Positions 63,721 through 64,000 of a stretch of 64,000 bases of DNA are shown here, piece by piece (within the stretch, counting starts at the first letter, position 1; every line of letters begins with the position of its first letter). Location of the stretch: NCBI GenBank assembly GCA_050952625.1, contig JBMNLH010000004.1:64001-128000 (forward strand), given 5' to 3'. The notes under the pieces were generated by a model. That model saw nothing but the letters and a program-made list of their open reading frames with translations. It had not been told where the DNA came from and did no database searches. The translations under genes and the position numbers were made by a program. Source of the stretch: Bacillota bacterium. GTDB lineage: Bacteria > Bacillota > Ch66 > Ch109.

Positions 63721-64000
63721 TTAGCCGGGCATCGGTTCTTTGAGGAGGCTAACGAACTTGGTGAATTCTTTTAAGAAAGCTAACTCCACCGACCCGGTCG
63801 GGCCATTTCGGTGTTTGGCGACAATTATTTCTGCGATGTTTGGTTTGTCCGAATCCGCAAAATAGTAGTCATGCCGAAAGATAAACAGGACGATGTCCGA
63901 GTCCTGCTCCAAAGCACCGGATTCGCGCAAATGGCTGAGGTTTGGGCGTTTGTCTTGAGTCTGCTCAACTGCCCGACTAAGCTGGGATAAGGCCAGCACC
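63721..64000 (-). CDS. dnaB: Replicative DNA helicase, 3' end (runs off window)
   Basis: [18 protein letters not shown] and AKHRNGPTG. Confidence 0.95.
   Translation of the reverse strand, partial: VLALSQLSRAVEQTQDKRPNLSHLRESGALEQDSDIVLFIFRHDYYFADSDKPNIAEIIVAKHRNGPTGSVELAFLKEFTKFVSLLKEPMPG

Overview
Core-chromosome segment of an anaerobic, probably spore-forming monoderm Bacillota (Clostridia/Peptococcaceae-like; inferred from spo0F, rpoE, SLH proteins, SCIFF and an RND pump with no TolC). Almost everything is on the minus strand. Gene order runs dnaB, five tRNAs, scfAB, murA, htrA, rlmH, glnS, CheX pair, IPT/TIG-SLH surface operon, argS, rpoE, pyrG, femX/alr, spo0F, fba, tal, RND/TetR, glpX, rho, radical SAM, VWA, rpmE, prfA, prmC, sua5, mntP, ywlE, rpiB. 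The most unusual signals are non-coding. (1) A ~160-bp self-complementary element family occurs as solo copies, fragments and a 166-bp tandem array. The GC-rich stretch inside that array is an exact G/C skeleton of the unit with A/T bases missing, so it is probably a consensus artefact hiding a fifth copy. (2) A decayed TnpB 3' end with an omega-RNA-like scaffold abuts a 31-35-31 bp repeat-spacer-repeat. (3) There are many REP-like GGGACA/GAACCGTCCCC palindromes, some translated as protein tails, plus several heptamer tandem arrays. (4) An inserted PAS-kinase/receiver cluster carries a consensus sigma54 promoter. (5) A doubly frameshifted toxin-antitoxin pair lies behind rlmH. (6) Three small ORFs are missing from the ORF track, including the SCIFF precursor. 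All calls come from reading the sequence; no searches were run, and no complete novel system can be demonstrated from this window alone.
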